Assembly (NCBI GenBank): GCA_016934535.1
Contig: JAFGSQ010000016.1
Location: forward strand, 70,685-134,684
Direction of reading: 5' to 3'
From: a candidate division WOR-3 bacterium
GTDB lineage: Bacteria > SDB-A
DNA: 64,000 nucleotides
Part shown: piece by piece, positions 37,040-46,921 of the stretch
Position numbering within the stretch: position 1 is the first letter of the stretch
Layout of the letters: each line of letters opens with the position of its first letter
Program-made: the position numbers and the translations under genes
The notes under the pieces: model-generated
What the model was told of the DNA's origin: nothing
What the model saw: only the letters and a program-made list of their open reading frames with translations
Database searches by the model: none

Positions 37040-37433
37040 CTGCTCTGACGCAGTCGAGCACGTGTTTGTACATCGCCGAGGAATCAGCCTCTATGCTCAC
37101 CGGTGTCAAAGGATCGAGTGCCCTGAGACGGGGTATGAGGTCCTCGGCCGCTGAAAGAGTTTCACTCGAAACGGCTCTCTGACCAAGGTAAAGACCGAAA
37201 AAAATATTTCCGGTGCTGTCAATTGAAATGACGGAAGTTTTTAGGTCTTCGGGTACGACTTCCGAGCGGGCGCTGTCGCTCAAAACAGGCACACCGACAG
37301 AAGACCTCACCCTCTGTTCGTTTATAAGCGGGACGGTAATCATGAACATTATAAGCAGAGACATCGTTACGTCCACCAAACTGGTGACATTTATTCCGGA
37401 CATCGGTTTCAGTTCGTCGGAAACCGCCATCAT
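36987..37433 (-). CDS. tolR: biopolymer transport protein TolR/ExbD
   Basis: It has the ExbD/TolR pattern (INVTSLVDVTMSLLIMFMITVPL). Confidence 0.8.
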   Translation of the reverse strand: MMAVSDELKPMSGINVTSLVDVTMSLLIMFMITVPLINEQRVRSSVGVPVLSDSARSEVVPEDLKTSVISIDSTGNIFFGLYLGQRAVSSETLSAAEDLIPRLRALDPLTPVSIEADSSAMYKHVLDCVRAVAKAGINNVELVYTVKR

Positions 37434-37440
37434 TCACCTC

Positions 37441-38133
37441 TCATGAAATCATGCCCCAAACAAGGGATTTTTCAATTATTTCGTCCGAAAAATTTTCCAT
37501 TGATACTACCATGCTTCTAAGTTTGGAATTCAGTCCGTTGTAAAGCATCACGGCCGGAATGGCGACCAGCAATCCGACGATAGTCGTCACAAGAGCTGCC
37601 GCAACACCGGGGCCAATGGCTGAAATGTCGGTTGATTTGTGCTGTCCCATCGCCATGAAAGACAGCATTATGCCCCACACTGTACCCAGCAGGCCGAAAA
37701 AAGGCGCCACGGTAGTAGTAGTCGCGAGAAACGTTATTTTTCCCTCTAGCCTGTGCATTTCCTCTCTGACAAGTTTTTCCGAGAGCATTTTAATCTCTTC
37801 GAGTTTCGGTTTTGCCGGTACAGGGGCTTCGGGATTCGGAGTAAAAAAAAGTCTGTTGTGAAGGCCGATGAATATCCTTGCAAAAGGTGCCGGGTCGCCG
37901 ACGATAGTCAGATTTCCCATCATCTCTTTGGTTTTGATGTTGCCGAAAGTAGTTTCAAAACTGTTGTTGAGAGACGTCGCTTTTCTGAAAAGCAGAAACC
38001 TTTCAACCGCGATCGAAACCGTAAAAAAAGATATTATAAAAAGCGCGCCTAGGATCACCCAGGTGACGGGATCGTTTTTGGATATGCGTGCCGCGTTTTC
38101 GTACGACAGTGCCGAAAGGTAAATCAGGACCAT
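37441..38133 (-). CDS. tolQ: proton channel TolQ/ExbB (MotA/TolQ/ExbB family)
   Basis: It has three TM helices and the conserved motif APFFGLLGTVWGIMLSF. Confidence 0.85.
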   Translation of the reverse strand: MVLIYLSALSYENAARISKNDPVTWVILGALFIISFFTVSIAVERFLLFRKATSLNNSFETTFGNIKTKEMMGNLTIVGDPAPFARIFIGLHNRLFFTPNPEAPVPAKPKLEEIKMLSEKLVREEMHRLEGKITFLATTTTVAPFFGLLGTVWGIMLSFMAMGQHKSTDISAIGPGVAAALVTTIVGLLVAIPAVMLYNGLNSKLRSMVVSMENFSDEIIEKSLVWGMIS

Positions 38134-39104
38134 AATCCGGTTTTCTCCTTAACTTCTTTCATTGTTGACTTGGCCGTTTCGCGGGCTTTCCTGCTGCCCT
38201 CCGAAAGGATTTCCTTGACGTCAGGAATTCTTGAAAGCCACTTCTCCTTGTTTTCCCTGTAAGGTGCGAGTTCTTTTGCGAGGTTTTCAGCGAGTATTTT
38301 TTTACATTCGAAACAGCCGATGGAAGCTTTTATACATCCTTCTTTACAATATTCTATCTGCTGGGGTGTGGAAAGTAAACCGTGCAGGGAAAAAACGTTG
38401 CATTCGGTCGGTACACCGGGATCTGTTTTTTTCTGTCTTCGGGTATCCGTGACTGCCGTCGCCAGTTTTTTGTTAATTTCCTCCGGTGAGTCCGACAGGT
38501 AAATGCAGTTGCCCAGACTTTTCGACATTTTTAATTTTCCGTCCAGGCCGAGAATGACCGCTCCTTTACCTATAATCGGCTGAGGTTCGGGAAAAGTGTC
38601 ACCGAAAGTTGCGTTGAATTTTCTGACAATTTCCCTGCAGAGTTCGAGGTGAGGGAGCTGGTCTTTACCGACGGGGACAAGTTCCGATTTGTAGACAAGT
38701 ATGTCTGCAGCCATCAAAACCGGATAGTCGAGCAGTCCGACATTGACGTTGTCTGCGTTTTGAGCGACTTTGTCCTTGAAAGTAGGTACCCTTTCGCACC
38801 ACGAAAGAGGGGTGGCACAGTTGAGTATCCACGCAAGTTCCGTATGTTCGGGAACCATAGACTGAACCATCAGGACTGAGGTCTCGGGATTCAATCCCGC
38901 CGAAAGGTAGGAAACGGCGGCGTCCAGAACTCTACCTTGAAGCTCGCCGGGGTCATACCTGACGGTCATGGCGTGGTAATCCACTATTCCGTAGACACAG
39001 TCGTATTTATCCTGAATTCCTATCCATTGTTTCAGAGCTCCGAAATAATTGCCGACGTGGAGGTTTCCCGAGGGCTGGATTCCGGAAAAAACCTTTTTGC
39101 TCAA
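38124..39104 (-). CDS. trpS: tryptophan--tRNA ligase
   Basis: It has the class-I HIGH-like motif (GNLHVGNYFGAL) and KMSKS. Confidence 0.9.
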   Translation of the reverse strand: MSKKVFSGIQPSGNLHVGNYFGALKQWIGIQDKYDCVYGIVDYHAMTVRYDPGELQGRVLDAAVSYLSAGLNPETSVLMVQSMVPEHTELAWILNCATPLSWCERVPTFKDKVAQNADNVNVGLLDYPVLMAADILVYKSELVPVGKDQLPHLELCREIVRKFNATFGDTFPEPQPIIGKGAVILGLDGKLKMSKSLGNCIYLSDSPEEINKKLATAVTDTRRQKKTDPGVPTECNVFSLHGLLSTPQQIEYCKEGCIKASIGCFECKKILAENLAKELAPYRENKEKWLSRIPDVKEILSEGSRKARETAKSTMKEVKEKTGLWS

Positions 39105-39107
39105 AAT

Positions 39108-40148
39108 TCACCTCATTTTCTTTTGTTTTCCTGTGAAGAGTTGTCCGCACGCGGCTTGTATATCTTCTCCTTTGCTGAACCTTGTAGTTACTTCTACCCC
39201 TTCTTTTTTCAGGGCTTCCTGAAATCTCAGAAGTATTGCCGGCTCAGGTCTTTCGAAGCCTTTCTCTGCGCGGTTATAAGGGATCAGGTTCACTTTGCAA
39301 AGAACTCCATCAAGCAGTTCCGATAGTTTTCTCGCGTCCGAAGGTCCGTCGTTGAAACCTTTTATCAAAACGTATTCGAAAGTCACCTTCTTGTTCGTTA
39401 TATCCGTGTATTGCTTGACGGCGTCCATGAGAGCCGACAAAGTCCATTTCCTTGCCACAGGCATGATTTTCTTCCTGTCGGTATCGTTCGAAGCGTTCAG
39501 AGAAACAGCCAGTTTGTATTGTTTGGCGCTTTTTGCCAGAAATAGTATTCCCGGCACTACCCCCGCAGTGGAAACTGTGATTTTTCTCTGGCCGATCCCG
39601 AGCATTCTCTTGTCGTTAATCATGTCGCACGCAGCCATTGCTCCTTTGTAGTCGTAAAAAGGCTCCCCCATCCCCATCAGGACGACATTTGTAGGGTTCG
39701 CCTTTCCGGCGGACGCGGCGAGAAGAACCTGAACGGCTATCTCGTAAGGCGTCAGCTGTCTTACGAATCCCATTCCTCCTGTAGCGCAGAAAAGACATCC
39801 GTACGGGCAACCTATTCCGGTCGAAACGCACACGGTCGTCCTGCCCCCTTCTTTTATGAGAACGGTTTCCGCTTCATTTTTGTCCCAAAACTTCACTTTA
39901 TACTTTACCGTTTTATCACCGGATTTATTCATTTTTTCTATCTCCGGCAAGTAAATCTTTTCCCTGAGGTCTTCTCTGACGGAAGTCGGCAAATTGGACA
40001 TCGAAAGAGGATCCAGTGCCTTCTTTTTCCATATCCATTCGAGTATCTGACCTTCCCTGTAAGAAGGAAGCCCCTCTTTGTGACAATAATCGGAAAGATT
40101 GTCCGGAACAGGTTCCATGAACTTATGCTTTCTTTCTTCGGTGTTCAT
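39108..40148 (-). CDS. rlmN: 23S rRNA (adenine2503-C2)-methyltransferase / tRNA methyltransferase, radical SAM
   Basis: It has the radical SAM motif CPYGCLFC and the overall RlmN pattern (VCVSTGIGC, GMGEPF). Confidence 0.85.
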   Translation of the reverse strand: MNTEERKHKFMEPVPDNLSDYCHKEGLPSYREGQILEWIWKKKALDPLSMSNLPTSVREDLREKIYLPEIEKMNKSGDKTVKYKVKFWDKNEAETVLIKEGGRTTVCVSTGIGCPYGCLFCATGGMGFVRQLTPYEIAVQVLLAASAGKANPTNVVLMGMGEPFYDYKGAMAACDMINDKRMLGIGQRKITVSTAGVVPGILFLAKSAKQYKLAVSLNASNDTDRKKIMPVARKWTLSALMDAVKQYTDITNKKVTFEYVLIKGFNDGPSDARKLSELLDGVLCKVNLIPYNRAEKGFERPEPAILLRFQEALKKEGVEVTTRFSKGEDIQAACGQLFTGKQKKMR

Positions 40149-40588
40149 TCGACCGGATATCCGAGTTGTATCCAGGATTTAATCCCCCCGGACAGATTCA
40201 ACACTCTTATGAAATTCAATTCTTTCATGATTGTGGCCGCGCTCGAACTCCTCGCTCCGTGTTTGCAGTATAAAAGATAGAGACATTCCCTGGGAAAAGT
40301 ATCGATTATTTCCCTGAAATTCTCAGAACCGTAATTTACGTTTATCGAATTGGATATCCTGAAAGAATCGAATTCTTCGGGCCGTCTTACGTCTATAATA
40401 CGGACACTGCCGTCGGACAATCTCAGTATTTCCTGCGTCTGTTCGGGCGTGACGTCCATGTAAACGGTATCTCTGTTCAACAATTCGACACAGACAGATT
40501 CCATACTCATCCCTCTCCTCGCGTTACAGCTTGATAAAGTGATTCCGGTTGAAGATAAAACAATAATCCCTGCCAAATATTTTTTCAC
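40145..40588 (-). CDS. rhodanese-domain lipoprotein (sulfurtransferase-like)
   Basis: It has a lipobox (LSSCN), and the rhodanese active-site loop is CKHGARS. Confidence 0.65.
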   Translation of the reverse strand: MKKYLAGIIVLSSTGITLSSCNARRGMSMESVCVELLNRDTVYMDVTPEQTQEILRLSDGSVRIIDVRRPEEFDSFRISNSINVNYGSENFREIIDTFPRECLYLLYCKHGARSSSAATIMKELNFIRVLNLSGGIKSWIQLGYPVE

Positions 40589-40655
40589 AATAAACCTCTT
40601 ATCTGTAATTACTCCTTTTTTCTTATCTACATTCCAATGTATTGTTTTCAGAATC

Positions 40656-42425
40656 TCAGTAACGGTTGAATTTTCTGCTGAAAGTCGCCTGTCCTATCCT
40701 GGCGAGCACGAAATAACTTCCCGCCTGGATTCCCTCTCCAATATCCTCTGATAATAAGTGGTGTCCCTCCGAATACCTGCCTTCAGCGACGACATAGACG
40801 CTTCTTCCTGTGACGTCAAAAATCTTTACTGAAACGTCGGTCATCTCAGTGAGAGAGAATTCGACTCTCAACAATCCCTCCGAAAAGACGGACGCGAATT
40901 CCACCTGCGCCGGAACGACAGTGACAGGCATCTCTTCAACGGAATTAATTTCGTAAGACACGGTGTAGAATCCTTCCGGAGCCGTGTAGGGATCCCTTTC
41001 GGTCCTTCCGGAGGAGTCTGTCGCCTGGATAAAGTAATCAATAACAGCAGTGTCGTCGGCGACCGGTTGAGGCAAAATACACCAAAAACTGTCGGGAAAG
41101 CCGGTTACCCTCTCCATTGTCTCAAAATTTTCAAAAACGCTGTCTCCGTGGAACTTCCACGCGAAAAACACCTGATCGCTTATTACGCCTTCGCCGCTGT
41201 AATCATGGACGAGAGCGCGGATTCTCAGTTCGAAAGGATCTATACCGGGGTCGTGATCTACAAAAAGCATTCCGGGGTCGAAAATAGCCATAGTCCTGCA
41301 GTGGATGGCGTCTGTGGGTTCAAAACTGTAATCCGTATAACCTACTGCGTCGTAACCGGGCATCTCCCTCTCGTAAAAGTTGATCGCGGCAGTGTCGTAC
41401 AATGTATTGCCGGTCACCGGCACGTAGACTTTATTGTTGAGTATCAGGCTGTTGACGTAAGCGGCGTATATGCTATCAGGACAGTTGAGCCTGACGACCT
41501 CGTAATTTCTGCCGTAACAGTTTGTAAGAGTCGTAATGTAATTCGCGAGCTGATTGAGAGCGGCGTCGTCAACTCCGTTCCTTATGACGACAACTTTCTC
41601 TTCCGAAAGAAATTTAGCATAACAATCTATGTGATTTATGTAGCTTCCGAGCGGGTCGTTGAAAGTGTAATAGTTGGAAATTCCCCAGTAGGCGAGCATC
41701 AAAGCGTTGACCGAATCTACGGACAAAGACGGGTTGTCGTCTGAATATACGTTGTTGCTCGACATCGCTCTGCCGTGGCCGTCGCACATCATATTGCCGC
41801 CCGTGTGAGCGAGCATTGTTTTCCACAGTTTTATTCCGAGAGCCGGTGCGAGGTCCCAGTTGGACTCGTCGTCGTCTATCCTGCCGTGAGTGTATCTTCT
41901 GTTGTAGACGTGGTCTGAAATTCCCACTGAATCGTTTCCGTCGAAGACCGACCAGGGGCCGTAATCCCTCGTCCAGTAGCTGTTGGTTGGAGTCGAAACG
42001 AAAGTTACGTCGGAGAGAGAAATGCCGTGGCTCGTGAAAGCCGACTGGGCGGACGAGACGTTGTCCGTAAGACAGGTGACGTGGAGATCCTGAGCGAGAT
42101 CTGATATAAGATTCCACGGCAGTCCGACGGGATATCTTATGAGAACGGAAACCGCCGGTTCCCACTCGGCGCACATCCTGACGGGCGCGGCGGGAGGATC
42201 GGTCGGCACAACGGGATCTTTTCCCATGGAAGGATAATATTCAGGCAGAAGCGGTTTTAAAGGGCCTGGATCGTGAGGAGGATGATTGACAGACATTCCG
42301 TCGACGATTAGTTCGGCGAATTCTCCGGAAAACGGCCCTTCTTCATGTCCGGGTATCCAGGTATTCGCGGAAGTGAGTACAATTGTCAGAACGAATATTA
42401 AAAACATGTCACCTTCCTTTTTCAA
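40656..42425 (-). CDS. secreted agmatine deiminase / Porphyromonas-type peptidylarginine deiminase (PPAD) family enzyme with a T9SS-type C-terminal sorting domain
   Basis: It has a signal peptide and the guanidino-modifying motifs WTRDYGP, GGN..DG.G, HID and IHC (catalytic Cys). The last 75 aa or so (VSVKIFDVTGRSV...GSYFVLARIGQATFSRKF) match the Por secretion tail pattern. Confidence 0.65.
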   Translation of the reverse strand: MKKEGDMFLIFVLTIVLTSANTWIPGHEEGPFSGEFAELIVDGMSVNHPPHDPGPLKPLLPEYYPSMGKDPVVPTDPPAAPVRMCAEWEPAVSVLIRYPVGLPWNLISDLAQDLHVTCLTDNVSSAQSAFTSHGISLSDVTFVSTPTNSYWTRDYGPWSVFDGNDSVGISDHVYNRRYTHGRIDDDESNWDLAPALGIKLWKTMLAHTGGNMMCDGHGRAMSSNNVYSDDNPSLSVDSVNALMLAYWGISNYYTFNDPLGSYINHIDCYAKFLSEEKVVVIRNGVDDAALNQLANYITTLTNCYGRNYEVVRLNCPDSIYAAYVNSLILNNKVYVPVTGNTLYDTAAINFYEREMPGYDAVGYTDYSFEPTDAIHCRTMAIFDPGMLFVDHDPGIDPFELRIRALVHDYSGEGVISDQVFFAWKFHGDSVFENFETMERVTGFPDSFWCILPQPVADDTAVIDYFIQATDSSGRTERDPYTAPEGFYTVSYEINSVEEMPVTVVPAQVEFASVFSEGLLRVEFSLTEMTDVSVKIFDVTGRSVYVVAEGRYSEGHHLLSEDIGEGIQAGSYFVLARIGQATFSRKFNRY

Positions 42426-44496
42426 ATTCGGCTTCGAGCCGGTTCTTCAGAAAAAAGTTTCTGTTTGAAGATTTGTCGTTGGCGAGCGCAGTGTAAAGCG
42501 CCTTTTTGTCGCCTACGATTATAACAAGTTCTTTGCCCCTGGTCACCGCTGTGTAAAGAAGATCCCTGGCCAGCATCATGTAATGACTCGAATGAACAGC
42601 GACGACAACTGCCGGATACTCCGTTCCCTGTGATTTGTGAACTGTGACGGCGTAGCCCAGGACGAGATTATCTCTTTTTTCTTTTTCAATTTCAACGGTT
42701 TTGTAAGAGAAGTCTACTGTAAGAGAAAAATTATTTTTTGCGACTACGACGCCGGTGTCGCCATTGAAAATATCCAGATCATAATCGTTTGAAATCTGCA
42801 TCACTTTGTCCCCGGATGCCGGTCTTTCAGTCTTTCCGGGATTGAGAAGCTCCGCGAGTCTTGAATTCAGTTCCTTGGTTCCGGCTTCGCCTCCGTTGAC
42901 AGGGGTTATGACCTGAACGCAATGGGAGGTTCTCTTTCCGTATCTTTTTACGAGTTCTGTACCTGCTATCCTGCACACCTCTTCAGCAATTTCAATGAGG
43001 CTCCCTTTTTTGACAAAGACGAAATCTTTTCCGTTGAAAGAAGGCATTTTCCCCACGAGAATGTCTTTGGCCGCCGGTATGATGCCTCCCGTTGATTTCT
43101 GTCTGAACACTTCTTCGAGCCTTACGGCAGGTATGAAAGAGCAATTGACAATGTCCCTGAAAAAATTCCCCGGTCCTACAGGCGGTAGTTGGTCGGCGTC
43201 GCCTACAAAAATAAATCGGGTATTTCTACCCGCAGCCTGAAGAAGGCTCGCGGCGAGATATATGTCTATCATTGAGCTTTCGTCAACTATTATGAAAGTG
43301 TCGTCAATTCTGCTGTTCGAATTGTATTTGAACATGCCCGTGACCGGATTGTAATTCAACAATCTGTGAATTGTCCTGGCTTTGATTTTTGTCACTTCTT
43401 CGAGTCTCTTCGCCGCCCTTCCGGTAGGGGCGCAGAGCTCGATATTCCCTTTGAAGCTCTCTGCGATTTTCCTTATCAAAGTCGTTTTACCAGTTCCCGG
43501 TCCTCCGGTTATGACGCTGACGGCGAATGCCGATGCGTTTGACACTGCTTCTTTAAGAACAGGTAAAAATTCAGAAGATATGTTGAATTTTTCCGGACAA
43601 GCTCCGCTCTCGCCGAAAAGCCGGATTATCTCTTTGCAAGCCGTTTTTTCGGCTCTTTCGGTTGAAAACGTGTATACATATTTGACGCCCGAGAAATCCG
43701 CGCTTTTCAATGCCGCGGCGCCAAGCATATCACCGAGAACCGGCCTTATCTCAATCGCATCCGCCCCCGTGATCTTTGAAGTTGCGTCTATTAGTTCTTC
43801 AAGAGGTATACATGTGTGACCAAAAGCGATTGATTCGGACAATACGTGGTTCAAAGCCGATCTCAACCTGAAAGGCGAATTCTTCGCTATCCCCATTCCG
43901 AGTGCTATACCGTCCGCTTTTTTAAAACCAATGCCGCCGACTATTTCCGACAAAACGTAGGGATTGTTCTCGACGACTCCCGCGACATTGCCTGGTCCAA
44001 GTTCGCGGGCTATTTTCTCTGCGGTCTTCTGCCCGACACCGAATTTCGACAGATAAATGAGAACATTTCTCGCCTCGGCGTCTTTCTTCCATTCGCGATC
44101 AATTTCCTCGGCGGCTTTTTTTCTCAGACCTTTTATTTCACGGAGTTTTTCGGGATGATTATCTAGTACGAAGGCCGTTTTTTCGCCGAAGGCTTCCACT
44201 ACTTTTTCAGCCGTCTTTTTTCCAACTCCTTTTATTCTTCCTCCGCCAAGAAATGCCAAAATTCCTTTTTTTGAATTTATGTCTTCCGGAAAGGCTGATT
44301 TAACGGAAAATTGCCTGCCGAATTTCGGATGGACTGCCCATTCGCCCGTCAGCTTATACACTCTGCCCTGAGTCGGAACAGGTATGGATCCTGCGGCAAT
44401 GAATTCGGAGGAGTTTTTGAATTTGGCGACTGAAAACGTTCTGTCTCTGTTTTCGTATATAAGCTTGACGAGTTCGGCTCTGATTTCCATTCTCAA
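42409..44496 (-). CDS. recD2: RecD-like ATP-dependent DNA helicase (RecD2 family)
   Basis: It has N-terminal HhH repeats, the Walker A motif GGPGTGKTT, and helicase motifs through the C-terminus. Confidence 0.85.
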   Translation of the reverse strand: MRMEIRAELVKLIYENRDRTFSVAKFKNSSEFIAAGSIPVPTQGRVYKLTGEWAVHPKFGRQFSVKSAFPEDINSKKGILAFLGGGRIKGVGKKTAEKVVEAFGEKTAFVLDNHPEKLREIKGLRKKAAEEIDREWKKDAEARNVLIYLSKFGVGQKTAEKIARELGPGNVAGVVENNPYVLSEIVGGIGFKKADGIALGMGIAKNSPFRLRSALNHVLSESIAFGHTCIPLEELIDATSKITGADAIEIRPVLGDMLGAAALKSADFSGVKYVYTFSTERAEKTACKEIIRLFGESGACPEKFNISSEFLPVLKEAVSNASAFAVSVITGGPGTGKTTLIRKIAESFKGNIELCAPTGRAAKRLEEVTKIKARTIHRLLNYNPVTGMFKYNSNSRIDDTFIIVDESSMIDIYLAASLLQAAGRNTRFIFVGDADQLPPVGPGNFFRDIVNCSFIPAVRLEEVFRQKSTGGIIPAAKDILVGKMPSFNGKDFVFVKKGSLIEIAEEVCRIAGTELVKRYGKRTSHCVQVITPVNGGEAGTKELNSRLAELLNPGKTERPASGDKVMQISNDYDLDIFNGDTGVVVAKNNFSLTVDFSYKTVEIEKEKRDNLVLGYAVTVHKSQGTEYPAVVVAVHSSHYMMLARDLLYTAVTRGKELVIIVGDKKALYTALANDKSSNRNFFLKNRLEAEFEKGR

Positions 44497-45173
44497 AGCG
44501 ACGACGAGAGAAAATCCTTCATCGAATACAAACCGGCACTTCGTTCAGAAAACCAGAAAAGAGCCTCCAAAGCTCCCCTTGCAAAAACCTCTCTCGATAT
44601 CGCTCTGTGGTGGAATTCGATCATCTCTCCGGGTTTGGCGAAGTATATCCAGTGATCACCCGGTATGTCCGCCGCTCTGATCGAGTGTATCCTGGACGAT
44701 TCAATTCCCGCCGCATCAGCGAGCAGTAAAGCCGTTCCGCTCGGAGCGTCTTTCTTGGCCCGGTGGTGAGCTTCGACGATCTCGGTTTCGAAAGTTTTAA
44801 GGATTCGGAAATTATCCGCGAGAATTTTCTGAAGGAGGTTAATGCCTATTGACATGTTCGGAGAATAAAATACCGGTATTTTTACTGAAGCGTTTTTCAG
44901 AAAAGATTTCTGTTCGGGATTTAATCCTGTAGTCCCGGAAAAAAAAGGAGTTTGGTGTTTCAGCGAAATCTTGAGCGCGTTCTCAAATCCCGACGGTGAT
45001 GAAAAGTCGACCACCGCGTCTCCCGAAGAACTGTCTGTTAAAATATTTCCGGCGTCGTGGGCAGATACAAGAGAGAATCTCCTGTCTTCACTTATCAGTT
45101 CCGTCATGAGCTTGCCCATCTTTCCATCGGAACCGTTTAAAACAACTTTTATCTCTTCTTTCATACAGTTCAA
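44493..45173 (-). CDS. dapB: 4-hydroxy-tetrahydrodipicolinate reductase
   Basis: It has the EAHHRAKKDAPSGTA motif and an N-terminal NAD-binding region. Confidence 0.8.
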   Translation of the reverse strand: MNCMKEEIKVVLNGSDGKMGKLMTELISEDRRFSLVSAHDAGNILTDSSSGDAVVDFSSPSGFENALKISLKHQTPFFSGTTGLNPEQKSFLKNASVKIPVFYSPNMSIGINLLQKILADNFRILKTFETEIVEAHHRAKKDAPSGTALLLADAAGIESSRIHSIRAADIPGDHWIYFAKPGEMIEFHHRAISREVFARGALEALFWFSERSAGLYSMKDFLSSSL

Positions 45174-45937
45174 GTGACGAAACGCGCGAGCAATTCTTTA
45201 ACGGCGCTGAATTCTGTCGTGATAGCGGCAACTTTCATGTCTTTTTTCTCTTCGTCAATTTCCATCCTGTCGGACCGCTGAATGCTGTCCAAATAGGCGT
45301 TCCCTGTGGCGTCGTCGCTCGTCGGGCTCCATCCTTTGTAAGCTGTCTTCGGTTTGTACAATATGACTTTGGCTCCCCAGTCGCTCAATCCCTTTACGTA
45401 ATCTCCGGTTCTCGACGTCAAAATGATCACGTTTTCAGGTTTGATGGATTCTTTGTCAAAATGAGTAATGAGGAAAGAAGGATTCGGGATTTCAAGCCAG
45501 CCTTTTTCGAAAATTTTTATTTGCCTGTATATGTTTTTTATTTTTTTTTCGGCTATAAGATCTTCTATTGATTTCGGCTGAAAAGCTATGAAAGTGATTT
45601 TCAGATTTTTTATCATCCTTATATCTTTTAGTTGAGGAACTATGTCGTCAAAAAACCTGACGTGATTCATGTAATTTTTTCTGATTTCTTTGTTAATGCG
45701 CTGTTTCAAAGTGTCCCAATTGTCTTTTCCCAGCAGCCGGGTGCCGAGTATGTTGAAGGGAGGCCCTTTTCTCTTTTCCCTTATCAAAGCTTCTCTCATG
45801 GCCAAAAGTCTCGGAAACGTAATTGTTTTACCGAGTTCACTCGCCCTCTCCCACATCCTTTTATAAATGTAGGCGTATATCTTGTCTTCATTTATGAGCG
45901 TGTTTTCGAGTTCTATGAAGAGCCAGTACGTTCTCAT
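45170..45937 (-). CDS. hypothetical protein (possibly a degenerate HAD-like fold)
   Basis: I recognise no clear family. The N-terminal FIELENTL resembles HAD motif I with Asp replaced by Glu. Confidence 0.35.
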   Translation of the reverse strand: MRTYWLFIELENTLINEDKIYAYIYKRMWERASELGKTITFPRLLAMREALIREKRKGPPFNILGTRLLGKDNWDTLKQRINKEIRKNYMNHVRFFDDIVPQLKDIRMIKNLKITFIAFQPKSIEDLIAEKKIKNIYRQIKIFEKGWLEIPNPSFLITHFDKESIKPENVIILTSRTGDYVKGLSDWGAKVILYKPKTAYKGWSPTSDDATGNAYLDSIQRSDRMEIDEEKKDMKVAAITTEFSAVKELLARFVT

Positions 45938-46200
45938 TAAAACTGTTTAATCCTTGTTTTCGGTTAATTGGGCTTCATTTCGCAATCAGAACAACACAAA
46001 AATAAACATAACCCGGCTTAATAATGCAATATAATACAATCGTCACTATAATCCGCAATCACGCATTATAGCAGTTTTCATCCAATTTGTCAACAATGAC
46101 GGCTAAATTTTGATCTGTATATGTAAGTAAACGGCCCGGAACCCTGGGGACCCGAGCCGTTTTATTCAGAAATTATTATAAATCGCAGTTTTAGTGATTT

Positions 46201-46905
46201 TTAGTTTTTTGTCCAGACTTCAGATCCTGTTCCTTCAGATCCGTAAAATGCCCATATACCGTCATATCCGTCACCTGATTTTTTCATCAGAGAAATTCCT
46301 ACGGTACTCAAGGAACCGTCAGTCCAGGCACAAATCAGGAGGTTTCCGTCAGAGAAAGCTATGCCGTCATAGCTGAAACTGTCAAAAATCCATGAGATAG
46401 AGTAAATGTCGTCGTATTCCTGTATTTCGAGATCGCATGAATATACGGATTCGTCGGCGTTTGTCCCTGCAACATTATATGAACCGACAGGATTTGCTGT
46501 CTCCGAACTAAGAACGTACCTGAAATCATAATCAGTGTCGTGCATAGGCCCTTTGAAAGCATTTTCAAGACCTCTTATTCCGGATATTGTCGCCCAGTAC
46601 CCCTTGAGATTCTCACCTTCTACTTTATATATAACGGCACCGAGATCAGAATTGCTTTCGTCGGTGTAAGCCACGGCAAAGTAGTATCCGCTTTGGATTC
46701 CAACTCCGAAATAATATTCTTCCCCTCCGAAAAGCCAATTAACTTCGTATGCTCCTCCGTGTTCAATTATTTCGAGCTGGCCCTCGTATTCGTTTTCTCC
46801 GTTTGTGCCCCATATATCGTATGTGCCTTCCAAAGAAGCGGCTGTCAGCGAGCTATACGGCAATAAAAACAAAACGGCCGTTAAAATTCCAAACAAATCT
46901 TTCAT
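46201..46905 (-). CDS. secreted protein made of two tandem homologous domains of about 95 aa each
   Basis: It has a signal peptide. The repeat GTYDIWGTNGENEYEGQLEI... recurs as GSYNVAGTNADESVYSCDLEI... Confidence 0.5.
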   Translation of the reverse strand: MKDLFGILTAVLFLLPYSSLTAASLEGTYDIWGTNGENEYEGQLEIIEHGGAYEVNWLFGGEEYYFGVGIQSGYYFAVAYTDESNSDLGAVIYKVEGENLKGYWATISGIRGLENAFKGPMHDTDYDFRYVLSSETANPVGSYNVAGTNADESVYSCDLEIQEYDDIYSISWIFDSFSYDGIAFSDGNLLICAWTDGSLSTVGISLMKKSGDGYDGIWAFYGSEGTGSEVWTKN

Positions 46906-46921
46906 ATCAGTCCTCCCGCTG

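Noticed and set aside
41614-42174. 186-aa Arg-rich ORF inside the PPAD-like gene
   Set aside because: It lies wholly inside the well-supported 40656..42425 gene in another frame, and its Arg-rich low-complexity composition is typical of frame artefacts in GC-richer stretches.
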